A stretch of 63,351 nt of DNA, counting the filler, from an uncultured Methanosarcinales archaeon (GTDB lineage Archaea > Nanobdellota > Nanobdellia > Woesearchaeales > GW2011-AR9), in assembly GCA_964434885.1 (NCBI GenBank). It is 4 parts of 4 records of this genome, joined end to end, with 100 filler letters (N's around TTAATTAATTAA, not from the genome) between each part and the next. Parts side by side here need not be neighbours in the genome. Positions count along the whole stretch, not along the records: positions 1 to 20,139 come from CAYSWQ010000012.1; positions 20,240 to 40,299 come from CAYSWQ010000013.1; 2 more parts are not named here. The stretch is one strand, 5' to 3'. Below the pieces are notes generated by a model. The model saw only the letters and a program-made list of their open reading frames with translations, made no database searches and was not told the DNA's origin. Position 1 is the stretch's first letter. The number at the start of each line of letters is the position of its first letter. This document shows, piece after piece, positions 20,085 to 29,338 of this stretch. The translations under genes were made by a program, and so were the position numbers.

Positions 20085-20137
20085 TTGTAGTATCACGTTT
20101 TAAGGGCACAGTATAATACATCTTGGTGATGTATTAT
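20085..20137. repeat. 53-bp multicopy sequence with a 10-bp hairpin, at the end of contig 1
   Basis: Exact reverse complement of 40400..40452; contains ataatacatc-ttggt-gatgtattat. Confidence 0.9.
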
Positions 20138-20139
20138 GT

Positions 20140-20239
20140 NNNNNNNNNNNNNNNNNNNNNNNNNNNNNNNNNNNNNNNNNNNNTTAATTAATTAANNNNN
20201 NNNNNNNNNNNNNNNNNNNNNNNNNNNNNNNNNNNNNNN
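20140..20239. other. Artificial contig linker
   Basis: N run + TTAATTAATTAA (stops in all six frames) + N run. Confidence 0.98.
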
Positions 20240-20261
20240 ATCTACCTTACTAAAACTATAT

Positions 20262-22688
20262 TGTGGACAATTAGATCCTTTCTTCACATCACAATATAGT
20301 TTTAGTAAGGTAGATTGTGAAGCTCAACCAGCATGTACTTATAATGATCAGCAAAATTTCTGTGATGAGAAACCATTTATGTGTTTCTGGAATGCTAGTT
20401 ATAGCAATGGTCAGGATGATGCAGGGATACCTGGAACTACAGATGAAGAAGAGTGTGAATCTAATGAACTTTGTGGATGGACCACATGGAATACTTGTGA
20501 ACCAATTTGCCATAATGCCAGTTCTAGTAATGCAAATATATGTGTTGAGGGTAATTTCAATGCAACTAATGGAACAGCTAATGTAAGTGCTTGTACTTGG
20601 ACTACTGGTTGGTGTAATCCTGGGATGACCACACAATTCTTTAAAGAGATGCAAGGTGGTGCAATCATTCCTTTGGGAACAGATACAGAAGGAGATGTTA
20701 GTCCTCCAGAAGTTGATATCGTGGATTTTGGAATGAAAGATATGGGTCCTTCTTTTGGATTTGGAATAAGAGTGGCAGGAATTGATAATGCATCTATGTG
20801 TAATGGGGTAAATCTGGGAGAAAATGAAGGATTGGGAAGAGGATTTAATTCAACTACTTTTTACTGGTATTTAGATACTGATGGAGCAGATACTGGAGGA
20901 TGTAGTTCTCAAGATTCTAATGCTTATGCTGGTTTCGAATTTTATTTTAAAAGTTCGTGGAGTTGGAACCCTTCAGCAGGAGATAGTAGTGAATCAAATG
21001 AAGCATATAAATGTGTAAGTGGAAGTTGGAACAAAGCACCTATTCCTTTATCAACATTTAAACAAAAAGCATGCCAAGAGATTGGAGGAGGAATGGTTGC
21101 TGTTGAGAAATATGAGTTAGAGAAGTTCCCAACCTTGTATACAACTGGAGAAGATATTAGAGTTTATGTAGTGACTGCAAATGAAACAGGAAATATTACT
21201 GATCCAACAGATACTTCAGGGATTGGATATATTACACCTGGAGCGGTGGATCAGGATATTGAGAAATGGGATCTCTTTGCGTGGAAAAATGCTACGGATC
21301 GGATCAGTGATGGAATGAGAAGTGGATACATAAGTTATGATGATATAGATTGTTGGACTGAATCTGGTTGTGGAGATTACCAATGTAAAGGCCATAGTTA
21401 TTGTGTGCAAAATGGGTATGGGGTTGAAGCTGCAACATTTACTGACACTAGAATTCCAAAAGTTATTGGGTTGGTAGGAGAACCTTATGTGGATTCCGGA
21501 GTTATGAAAGTGTATACGGATAAACCAGCAAATATGAGTTTGCAATTATATGGGACTGACCAATCCTGTGCAGATTCATCTGCAGTGGGACTGAATTTAG
21601 TGCATAGTACTAACAATTTGACAGAGGTGCGGAATTTCACTTTGTGGCATTTGTTAGAAATTAATAGTGATACTGTGGGAGTAGCGCCGGCGGCGGCCAC
21701 GACTTACTATTACAAAATAACTTTTTGTGATGATGAGAGTAAATGTGGAGCAAGTAAATGTTCTAGTTTCAAGACTGCCGATTCAGAAAGTGATTGTCCC
21801 TTTTGTAGGTTTGTTGTGAAAATTGAAGCACCTTCCACATGGAATATGACATATGATTTAGATGCGGATGGCATTTATGAGTTTGATCAAAACGCTTATA
21901 ATGTGAGTGTAGGTATGTTGGTTAATTATACAACTGGAAGAAGAGCACATATAAAGATGTTGAAGGATGATAATAGTTCATGGATAGAGTTCAAGAATGT
22001 TACATTGACTAAAACAGGACTAAGTAGTACAGTTAGGAAGTTTACTGATAGTACAAATATGTTGGAAGGAACTCGAGCAGATGAATTAGGCAACACAATT
22101 GGTTATGTGGGGATGGTAGATGATGTAAGAGATAAAATTGTTCATAATCTCTATCCACAAGTGTGTGAAGTTAAATTTCCTAAAGGAGACATAAATTGTA
22201 CTGAATTGTGGCATTGTAATAATGATAACACCATATGTTTGAATCGAACTGCCGAGGCAACGTTAATAACAGAGGAAACAAGTTCTTGTATATGGAAGAT
22301 ACCTTATTGTGAGTTCTCTAACTGGGGAGGAGGAAATGCTAACGGAGGAAGTAGTTCAAGTAGTAGTTCATCTTCTGGTGGGGGAGGAGGTGGAAGTTCT
22401 TCTACTGTAGAAGCAGTTACAACTACAGAAACAGTAACAGAAACAACTCCTACGGAAAAAGAAGAATCTAAGGAAGTTGAAAAACCAACTAAAGATAGTT
22501 CAGAAACTACTAAGAAAACAACTGTTGAAAAGACAGCACCAACAATTAAAAAAGAAAGAAAAGCTTTGGCTGGTCAAGCATGGGGACAATTTGGAGAAGT
22601 ATTGACTGATTTAAGTTGGTTATGGGTAACTTTTGTAATAGTGATGTTTGGAGTTGGAGCTTACTTCTATCTGCGGAAGAAAAAATAA
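20262..22688 (+). CDS. Cys-rich surface glycoprotein with a C-terminal TM anchor, 5' truncated by the contig start
   Basis: Frame is open upstream of the called ATG 20379 (CGQLDPFFTSQYSFSKVDCEAQPAC...); many Cys and N-x-S/T sites; S/G and T/E/K linkers; C-terminal TM + RKKK. Confidence 0.8.
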   Translation, partial: CGQLDPFFTSQYSFSKVDCEAQPACTYNDQQNFCDEKPFMCFWNASYSNGQDDAGIPGTTDEEECESNELCGWTTWNTCEPICHNASSSNANICVEGNFNATNGTANVSACTWTTGWCNPGMTTQFFKEMQGGAIIPLGTDTEGDVSPPEVDIVDFGMKDMGPSFGFGIRVAGIDNASMCNGVNLGENEGLGRGFNSTTFYWYLDTDGADTGGCSSQDSNAYAGFEFYFKSSWSWNPSAGDSSESNEAYKCVSGSWNKAPIPLSTFKQKACQEIGGGMVAVEKYELEKFPTLYTTGEDIRVYVVTANETGNITDPTDTSGIGYITPGAVDQDIEKWDLFAWKNATDRISDGMRSGYISYDDIDCWTESGCGDYQCKGHSYCVQNGYGVEAATFTDTRIPKVIGLVGEPYVDSGVMKVYTDKPANMSLQLYGTDQSCADSSAVGLNLVHSTNNLTEVRNFTLWHLLEINSDTVGVAPAAATTYYYKITFCDDESKCGASKCSSFKTADSESDCPFCRFVVKIEAPSTWNMTYDLDADGIYEFDQNAYNVSVGMLVNYTTGRRAHIKMLKDDNSSWIEFKNVTLTKTGLSSTVRKFTDSTNMLEGTRADELGNTIGYVGMVDDVRDKIVHNLYPQVCEVKFPKGDINCTELWHCNNDNTICLNRTAEATLITEETSSCIWKIPYCEFSNWGGGNANGGSSSSSSSSSGGGGGGSSSTVEAVTTTETVTETTPTEKEESKEVEKPTKDSSETTKKTTVEKTAPTIKKERKALAGQAWGQFGEVLTDLSWLWVTFVIVMFGVGAYFYLRKKK

Positions 22689-22781
22689 TTTTTTTATTTT
22701 TTATTTCTAATTTTTTAGAACAATAATCTTTAAATAACATTGGTTTTTATTTAACAGAATTAATTTAAAATAGGTGGTAAA

Positions 22782-23612
22782 ATGGAATATGAACGGAAAG
22801 ATTTTGATCAAACTGGAAAAACTGTTTCGGCGGATGAATTAATTAATCAGTCAAGAACAAGAATTTGGGATGAACCAAAGACGGCTAACTCTCCTCATTT
22901 TCACAAGCCAGAACCAGAAACTTTTGGTCAAGAGGATAAGAAAAGACCAAAAAGAAATATTGGTAAATTGAAAAATTATCTGATTTTGGTTTTAGTAGCA
23001 GCTTTGTTTGTTTCTTGGATAGGGCCAGGTATTAATGACAAAGTTAATATTACTGGGGCAATAACGGGAATTTTTGTTGATGATTATTCTAAACAGAGTG
23101 GTTTAGAAAATGGAGCTTATTATCTTGGAAATCCAAAAGCAAAAGTAACTGTGGTTGAGTTCTCTGATTTTGAATGTCCTTTTTGTAATAGAGTAAAACC
23201 AGCAATAAAGCAGATGAAGGAAGAGTATGTTAAAACCGGTAAGGTTAAATTAGTTTTTAGACATTTACCTTTGAGTTTTCATCGAAATGCTGAACCAGCA
23301 GCGATTGCTAGCTTATGTGCTGGTCGTCAGGGTAAATTTTGGGAGTATCATGATAAGTTGTTTGCGAATCAGAATGCCTTGTCTGCTACTAATTTGAAGA
23401 AATATGCAAGCGATATGAAATTGGATATGAGTAAATTTTCTAGTTGTTTGCGAGACCCAAAAATATCTCAGCAAGTACAAGCAGATAAAATGGCAGCTAA
23501 TAAGGCAGGAATTAGAGGAACTCCTGGGTTTTTAATTAATGGAGAAACTTTATCTGGAGCACAACCATATAGTAAGTTTAAAGAAGTGATTGAGAAGAAG
23601 TTGAAAAGTTGA
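22782..23612 (+). CDS. Membrane-anchored DsbA/DsbG-like thiol-disulfide oxidoreductase
   Basis: EFSDFECPFC, RHLPL, GIRGTPGF; GGTGG RBS upstream. Confidence 0.92.
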   Translation: MEYERKDFDQTGKTVSADELINQSRTRIWDEPKTANSPHFHKPEPETFGQEDKKRPKRNIGKLKNYLILVLVAALFVSWIGPGINDKVNITGAITGIFVDDYSKQSGLENGAYYLGNPKAKVTVVEFSDFECPFCNRVKPAIKQMKEEYVKTGKVKLVFRHLPLSFHRNAEPAAIASLCAGRQGKFWEYHDKLFANQNALSATNLKKYASDMKLDMSKFSSCLRDPKISQQVQADKMAANKAGIRGTPGFLINGETLSGAQPYSKFKEVIEKKLKS

Positions 23613-23616
23613 TTTT

Positions 23617-24855
23617 TTATTTTTTCATTTCTTTTTCTAATTCTAAAACTTGATTTAGTTCTGATTCTATCCGATTTTGAAAGTCAGAAATTGTTTCTCC
23701 TTCTTTTTTTGAAGTGTTTAATAGTTGTAAAATATTTTTAGTTAAATCAAACTCTTTTTCTTGGTCAAATAATTTTATTTGTTGTAAATGTTCTTTAACT
23801 ATGTCTTCTTCGATTTGTTCTGGGGAAGAAGTGTTTATTTTAACTTCTTCAAATTCTTTTGTTTGTAATTGAGAAGTGTTTTTCATAACAAAATAAGCTT
23901 CTCTTTCATATAGTTGATTGAAAATTTGTTTAAAATCAATGTCAGTTGTTTTTCCATTATCTAAAGTACCAGAAAGACGAATGGTTATGATGTTATTTTT
24001 AATATCTAAATTGTTAAATTCATTTAAAATGTCAAAAGTGATTACTTCTGGAGTCTTATGAGAACAGTTGATGTTAATAGGAATGTGTTTTTTAATTTTT
24101 AGGGGAATTAATTCTATATTTTGTTGATCTTGAATAGTTTCAATTAGGTAATAAGAACCGTGGCTATATTTTTCTAGTTCAGCAAAATTATTAGGAAATA
24201 AAGCACCAGGATAAGTAAAAGTGCCATAATTTTCTTGTTCTATTCTAGTGGGATGATGAATATGGCCTCCAGCATAATAGTTAAAGTTTTTAGGTAAGAA
24301 AGACAATGGTTGGGAGTCAATATTTTGTAAGTGTTTTGGTTTTAGTTCAGTTAAAGTAGTGTGAAATAAGAAGATTTTGTATCCAGGTTCTTGTTCTAAA
24401 TTAGTGAGGTTTAGATTTTCATAGTAAATACGATCTAACATCCCTTTTTTCCCCAACATTCCAGTTATTTTTGCTCCTGTTTTTTGATCTATTGTGAATT
24501 TGAGATTAAGTTTTTTATTTTCATCTACTGAACCACGACAGACGTTGATTAATAATCCGGCGTTTTCTAAAACATCAATCATTGTTTTTCCGCTAGGGGA
24601 GAAATCATGTGAACCTGGAATGGCATAAAAAGGAATTTTTTTTTGATGGAGTTCTTTTAGTTTTTTAGTAATAATTTTTAAGATATCTAAAGCAGGTAAA
24701 GAAGTGTTAAATAAATCCCCAGTGAATAAAATAAAATCAACTTCTTTTTCAATACATTCATCAATGGTTTTGAGAAAAGAATTCGTGGCTACTTCTCTCA
24801 TTTTAAGATCTCGCCAACTTCCTAAATGAGCATCAGCTAAATGGGCATATTTCAT
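23617..24855 (-). CDS. mre11: Mre11/SbcD-family DNA repair nuclease
   Basis: Metallophosphoesterase motifs ADAHLG, GDLF, PGSHD, FH, GGHIH, YPG. Confidence 0.85.
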   Translation of the reverse strand: MKYAHLADAHLGSWRDLKMREVATNSFLKTIDECIEKEVDFILFTGDLFNTSLPALDILKIITKKLKELHQKKIPFYAIPGSHDFSPSGKTMIDVLENAGLLINVCRGSVDENKKLNLKFTIDQKTGAKITGMLGKKGMLDRIYYENLNLTNLEQEPGYKIFLFHTTLTELKPKHLQNIDSQPLSFLPKNFNYYAGGHIHHPTRIEQENYGTFTYPGALFPNNFAELEKYSHGSYYLIETIQDQQNIELIPLKIKKHIPININCSHKTPEVITFDILNEFNNLDIKNNIITIRLSGTLDNGKTTDIDFKQIFNQLYEREAYFVMKNTSQLQTKEFEEVKINTSSPEQIEEDIVKEHLQQIKLFDQEKEFDLTKNILQLLNTSKKEGETISDFQNRIESELNQVLELEKEMKK

Positions 24856-25032
24856 GTGAGTTGGTTAATTGAATTGTTTATATTGATTATTGTTGTGGAG
24901 AAGGATATTTGGTAGTTATGGTTGTTGTAGTAGAGAAGCATACAAAATTATTTATATTTGGTTGGTTTATTAAATTAAAGGGTAAGAAAAATTACAATCG
25001 AAGAAAAAGTTGATAAAAAAATAGTTGAAGAT

Positions 25033-25236
25033 ATGATTGGGGAAGTGATTGAGGTTTTAGATACAGGAAACCCAGTTATTGAATTCTATAATGATGAGAA
25101 AGATGAATATATTAAACGGCAAATTTCTCAGGATGTAATTGATTTCTATTTTGAAAAAGGAACTAAAGTTCATTTTCAGAGTTATATAAAAGATGACAAA
25201 CCAGGTTTTACTTTTGAACATTATTTGGATGATTGA
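25033..25236 (+). CDS. Small hypothetical protein
   Basis: 67-aa ORF of plausible composition; no motif. Confidence 0.4.
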   Translation: MIGEVIEVLDTGNPVIEFYNDEKDEYIKRQISQDVIDFYFEKGTKVHFQSYIKDDKPGFTFEHYLDD

Positions 25237-25293
25237 TTATTTAGCTACTCTGTTTTGATAATCTTTAAATATTGTTTTAGGTTAAATGATTAG

Positions 25294-25980
25294 ATGTTTG
25301 ATTGGTTACTTAAAAAATCTGAATCCAAAGCTAAATATATGCACGTGGCTTTAGATATCGAAGGGATTGATGATTGGGTTGAAAGAAAGAAATTAAATTT
25401 GGTTGAAGGTTACCAATATAGTTTGGCTAAGTTAAGAGAATTAATGGAATTACAAGTTGAACATAAAATTCCAGTAATGAGTTTTTTGATTTTACCTTTA
25501 AGTCAAGAACGTAGAAGTGAATTATTAAAAGAATTTAGTGAATTGATTAGTAAAGAAGATTTTTGGGATTATTTAAGAAAAAATAAAATTAAGGTCACTA
25601 TTTTTGGTAAATGGTACAATCTTCCTTCTGAAGTGATTGGAAAATTGAAATGTTTAATAGAAGGAACGAAAGATTATGATCACTTTTTTCTTAATTTTTG
25701 TTTGAATTATGATGGACAGGAAGAAATATTGGGGGCTTTAAAGTTAATTATTCGCCAAATAGAAAAAGGAAAATTGAGTTTAGAGAATATTTCTAAAGAG
25801 ACAATAAAGGAAAATTTGTATACTTCTTATTTTATGCCTCCTGATTTGATGATTAAGAATGGTAATATGAGAAATAATGGTTTTTTGTTGTGGGATGGAG
25901 TTAGAGCTAAAGTTGTTTTTACAGAAAAAGAATTTCCAGAATTAAGTAAAAGTGATTTTGAGAAGGTTTTAAGAAAATGA
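25294..25980 (+). CDS. UppS/cis-prenyltransferase-fold protein, catalytic motif degenerate
   Basis: FLNFCLNYDGQEEI, PPDLMIK, GFLLWD, FPEL retained; HVALDIEG replaces HIAIIMDGNRR. Confidence 0.8.
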   Translation: MFDWLLKKSESKAKYMHVALDIEGIDDWVERKKLNLVEGYQYSLAKLRELMELQVEHKIPVMSFLILPLSQERRSELLKEFSELISKEDFWDYLRKNKIKVTIFGKWYNLPSEVIGKLKCLIEGTKDYDHFFLNFCLNYDGQEEILGALKLIIRQIEKGKLSLENISKETIKENLYTSYFMPPDLMIKNGNMRNNGFLLWDGVRAKVVFTEKEFPELSKSDFEKVLRK

Positions 25981-26288
25981 GCTGTCAGCAGTGTGGTGTT
26001 TGTTGTAAATTATTTGTAATTAATTTAAATGAAGAAGAATATTTGTCAGGTAAATTTAAAACTGTGTTTGAGGAATTTGGTTTAATGGATTTTGAAGAAG
26101 CAGAATTAACTGGAGCTAATTTAGTGGCCCAGCAAGAAGATGAGAGTTGTATTTATTTGAAAGAAGGAAGGTGTTCAATTCATTTTGATCGACCACAAGT
26201 TTGTCGAAATTTTTTTTGTGATTCTGATGATCCCTGGTTTAAACCAATGATTGAAAAAATTGAAAAAGCTAAATTAAAACATGGTTAG
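25977..26288 (+). CDS. YkgJ/UPF0153 cysteine-cluster protein
   Basis: CQQCGVCC...CIYL...CSIH..RPQVCRNFFC. Confidence 0.88.
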   Translation: MSCQQCGVCCKLFVINLNEEEYLSGKFKTVFEEFGLMDFEEAELTGANLVAQQEDESCIYLKEGRCSIHFDRPQVCRNFFCDSDDPWFKPMIEKIEKAKLKHG

Positions 26289-26343
26289 CGATATATTTAA
26301 ATAATAAATTAGTTTAGTTAATATATTAAAAAAAGAGGTTAAA

Positions 26344-27303
26344 ATGAAAATTGGTTTTTTTGAGTTGGAAGGTTGGGAAAAGAAACTTTTGAAGAAAGAA
26401 TTTTCTAAAGATAAATTGATGTTTTCTGGTGGACTATTGAAAGCAGTTAAAGATTTAGAAGTGGTTTCTGTTTTTGTTAATTCTAAAGTTGATGGTAAGT
26501 TATTAGATAAGATGCCTAATTTGAAACTGATTGTAACTAGAAGTACTGGATTTAATCATATTGATTTGGGAGAATGTAGGGAGAGGGGAATTGTTGTTTG
26601 TAATGTTCCTGTTTATGGTACTTGTACAGTAGCAGAACATGCTTTTGCTTTGATTTTGGGGTTAACTAGGAAGTTAGTTGAGAATGTTAAGAAGATTAGC
26701 AAGGTCAATAGAATGGATTTGAGGGGAAGTGATCTTTGTGGTAAAACATTAGGAGTAGTTGGTACTGGTAATATCGGACAGAATGCTGCTCGAATTGGTC
26801 GAGGTTTTCAGATGAAAGTTTTGGCTTTTGATATTTATAAGAATCAGAAGTTAGCTAAAGAGATAGGGTATAGATATGTTGGTTTGGAGAATTTGTTTAA
26901 GGAATCTGATGTGATTACATTACATTTACCTTACAATAAGCATACACATCACTTGGTTGATGGTCGTTTGTTGGGAATGATGAAGAAAAATGCTCTTTTG
27001 ATTAATACTGCTCGAGGAGAAATTGTTGATACTTTTGCTTTAGTTAGTGTTTTGAAGAGTGGAAAAATTGCTGGAGCAGGTTTGGATGTTTTGGAAGGAG
27101 AGAAAATTGTTTTTAATACTGGAAAAAGTGTTGTTGGTAAGAAAGTAATTAGTGCTGCTAGAAAGCTAGTTAAGTTACCTAATGTGTTGGTAACTCCACA
27201 TAATGCTTTTAATACTCAAGAAGCTTTAGATCGGATATTAGCGACTACAATTAAAAATATTAAAAGTTTTAAGAAAGGGAGAAAGGTTAACGTTGTGAAG
27301 TAG
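26344..27303 (+). CDS. D-2-hydroxyacid dehydrogenase (D-lactate dehydrogenase-like)
   Basis: TRSTGFNHID, VAEHA, GVVGTGNIG, INTARG, LDVLEGE, TPHNAF. Confidence 0.9.
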   Translation: MKIGFFELEGWEKKLLKKEFSKDKLMFSGGLLKAVKDLEVVSVFVNSKVDGKLLDKMPNLKLIVTRSTGFNHIDLGECRERGIVVCNVPVYGTCTVAEHAFALILGLTRKLVENVKKISKVNRMDLRGSDLCGKTLGVVGTGNIGQNAARIGRGFQMKVLAFDIYKNQKLAKEIGYRYVGLENLFKESDVITLHLPYNKHTHHLVDGRLLGMMKKNALLINTARGEIVDTFALVSVLKSGKIAGAGLDVLEGEKIVFNTGKSVVGKKVISAARKLVKLPNVLVTPHNAFNTQEALDRILATTIKNIKSFKKGRKVNVVK

Positions 27304-27314
27304 GTTTTAATGAA

Positions 27315-27713
27315 TTACCATTCATTTTCACATAATTCTAAAATTCTTCTATCTATTTTATCATAAAGATTTTTCATGGTTTCTTCAGGAAGATGGATTT
27401 GTTTTTCTTGGGCTTTTCTTTCTAAGATTTGTTTGTAACCTAGAAATTCATGAGAAACAATTTTGTCACAATAAACTAGAAATGGAACCCAATCTCCTTG
27501 TGATAAGTCCCATTCTGGTTCTCCATTTTCAAATTTAGTTAAACTAACGTTTTTTCCTTTTGCACAATTACCACCAATATAAGTTTCATCAATTTTTCCA
27601 ACATAGGTTTCTCCTTGTGGACCAGTTGCCATTTCAACTATTTCATGGTTTTGTTCCATATCTGCAACTAACTTTTCGATTGATGGAAATTTGATTAATT
27701 TTCCTGGTTTCAT
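27315..27713 (-). CDS. Hypothetical protein
   Basis: 132-aa ORF starting 1 nt after the stop of the upstream small ORF. Confidence 0.6.
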   Translation of the reverse strand: MKPGKLIKFPSIEKLVADMEQNHEIVEMATGPQGETYVGKIDETYIGGNCAKGKNVSLTKFENGEPEWDLSQGDWVPFLVYCDKIVSHEFLGYKQILERKAQEKQIHLPEETMKNLYDKIDRRILELCENEW

Positions 27714-27714
27714 T

Positions 27715-27891
27715 TTATTTATCTGCTAATTTTTGATAGAATTCTGCTGGAAAGATATATCCTGGAATTACAATTAATTTTGCTTCTTGACCTGGTTTTC
27801 TATCTTTATCTGGAAGCCCAACATTTCCAATTGGAGTTTTAGGTTCTTCTGGTTTTCGATATTTGATTTCAGCTAAATTTGATTTATACAT
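27715..27891 (-). CDS. 58-aa hypothetical protein (absent from the ORF track)
   Basis: MYKSNLAEIKYRKPEEPKTPIG...FYQKLADK*; AGGTGA RBS and BRE-TATA upstream. Confidence 0.6.
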   Translation of the reverse strand: MYKSNLAEIKYRKPEEPKTPIGNVGLPDKDRKPGQEAKLIVIPGYIFPAEFYQKLADK

Positions 27892-27925
27892 TTTTTCATC
27901 ACCTAGTAGTAAATTTAATCTTTTT

Positions 27926-27942
27926 ATTTATAAATCTTTCGG
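27926..27942 (-). promoter_or_regulatory. Archaeal BRE-TATA promoter
   Basis: CCGAAAGATTTATAAAT on the minus strand, identical to the element upstream of tfb. Confidence 0.7.
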
Positions 27943-28012
27943 TTTTAATCACTACTAAGTGGTTTAATTTTTAGGTTAATTTTTTAAAGCCTAAAATTGT
28001 TCTTTAAGAGAG

Positions 28013-29338
28013 ATGTACACAAAAAGAGGACAGATCACAGTATTTGTAATTATAGGTTTATTAATTTTAATAGTAATAGGTAGTATGATTTACTTTAATC
28101 AAATTTCTGATTTAAAATTAGTTGATCCAAAGAATAAAGAAGTAGTTCCCATTAAATTGTTTGTAGAGAATTGTTTGACAAAAACAGGTAAGAATGCTTT
28201 AGTTAAAATAGGAAGACAAGGTGGATACTATAAAGTACCAGACGAATCAATTACAGTTCTTAATGAGAGAACCCCATTATATTATTCTAATTTAAAAAGT
28301 AATTTACCTTCAAAAAAGAGAATTGAAAATGAACTTTCTTGGTATTTGAAAGACAATTTACATTTTTGCATGGATAACATCACTATATTCAATAAACAAG
28401 GATATAAATTAGATTTTGGTAATAAAATTATTGATTTTTCAGATGTAGTAAATAAAGATAATAAAACATTGGACTGGAGTGTTAAAACTCAAATTTTTGA
28501 TAGTGAGGTTTTATTTTCACTTAATTTTCCAATAACTATACGAAAAGGAAACCAAGTTACTAGAGTATCCAAATTTCAAAATAAATTGCCAATAAGATTG
28601 GGAAAAGTGTATTCTACAGCTCAACAAATGTTAATAGAATATAGCAAAAAACCAGATTATATTTGTCTTTCTTGCTTTGATGATTTAAAAGACAAAGATA
28701 TTAAAGTAAATACTTTACCTCAGAGAGATATTTTGTGGTATTTGATTACTGATGATAAATCAATTGTTTCTGGACAAAATTATTTTTTTAAATTTGCTGT
28801 GGAATTTTTAGTAGATGAACCACAAACACAAAAAATTATCTTACCAATAGGAAAATTAAATGCTTTTGCTGGAAAGGCATTTCAATATCATGTGAAAACT
28901 ACTTCTAATGATTTGGTTTTTTACGATGATTCTGAATTTTTTGAAATTGATAAATTGAAAGGAATTATTAGTTTTACACCAACAAAAGAACAAGTAGGAG
29001 AAAACATATTTGAAATTAGTGTAACGGATAAAAAAGGTAACCAAGATTCAGAATTGATTTTGTTAAATATTAAATCTTCATCTACAGATCCAATATTAGA
29101 TTACGTTGGTGTACAACAAGCATTTTTGGGAGAACCTTTTTTGTATGATGTAAATGTTACTAATATGGGTGAAAAAGAAATAAATTATTGGGACAATACG
29201 GAATTGTTTAATATTTCAGAAAATGGTTTAATTAATTTTACACCTTTGGTGACAGGTGATTATTCTATTCAGATAGAAGCTCGGACAAAAGAAGGAGGTT
29301 TGGATAAAACTGAAATGGAATTGGTGGTGACTGAATGA
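28013..29338 (+). CDS. Class III signal peptide (type IV pilin-like) surface protein with C-terminal cadherin/Ig-like repeats
   Basis: MYTKRG/QITVFVIIGL prepilin-type site; two repeats of F.Y.V...FEI..GIISFTP...G.Y.I. Confidence 0.75.
   Translation: MYTKRGQITVFVIIGLLILIVIGSMIYFNQISDLKLVDPKNKEVVPIKLFVENCLTKTGKNALVKIGRQGGYYKVPDESITVLNERTPLYYSNLKSNLPSKKRIENELSWYLKDNLHFCMDNITIFNKQGYKLDFGNKIIDFSDVVNKDNKTLDWSVKTQIFDSEVLFSLNFPITIRKGNQVTRVSKFQNKLPIRLGKVYSTAQQMLIEYSKKPDYICLSCFDDLKDKDIKVNTLPQRDILWYLITDDKSIVSGQNYFFKFAVEFLVDEPQTQKIILPIGKLNAFAGKAFQYHVKTTSNDLVFYDDSEFFEIDKLKGIISFTPTKEQVGENIFEISVTDKKGNQDSELILLNIKSSSTDPILDYVGVQQAFLGEPFLYDVNVTNMGEKEINYWDNTELFNISENGLINFTPLVTGDYSIQIEARTKEGGLDKTEMELVVTE

Noticed and set aside
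20140..20239. TTAATTAATTAA palindrome within N runs (also at 40300-40399 and 59117-59216)
   Set aside because: Synthetic concatenation linker with stops in all six frames; not biological, and it voids synteny across these points.
20240..20315. Perfect 26-bp inverted repeat (20240-20265 versus 20290-20315)
   Set aside because: Lies exactly at a contig start, with the second arm inside an open coding frame; typical fold-back chimera.
26344..27303. Possible phosphite dehydrogenase PtxD partnering phnDCE
   Set aside because: On a different contig, and its motifs (TRSTGFNHID, LDVLEGE, TPHNAF) fit D-lactate dehydrogenase-like enzymes.
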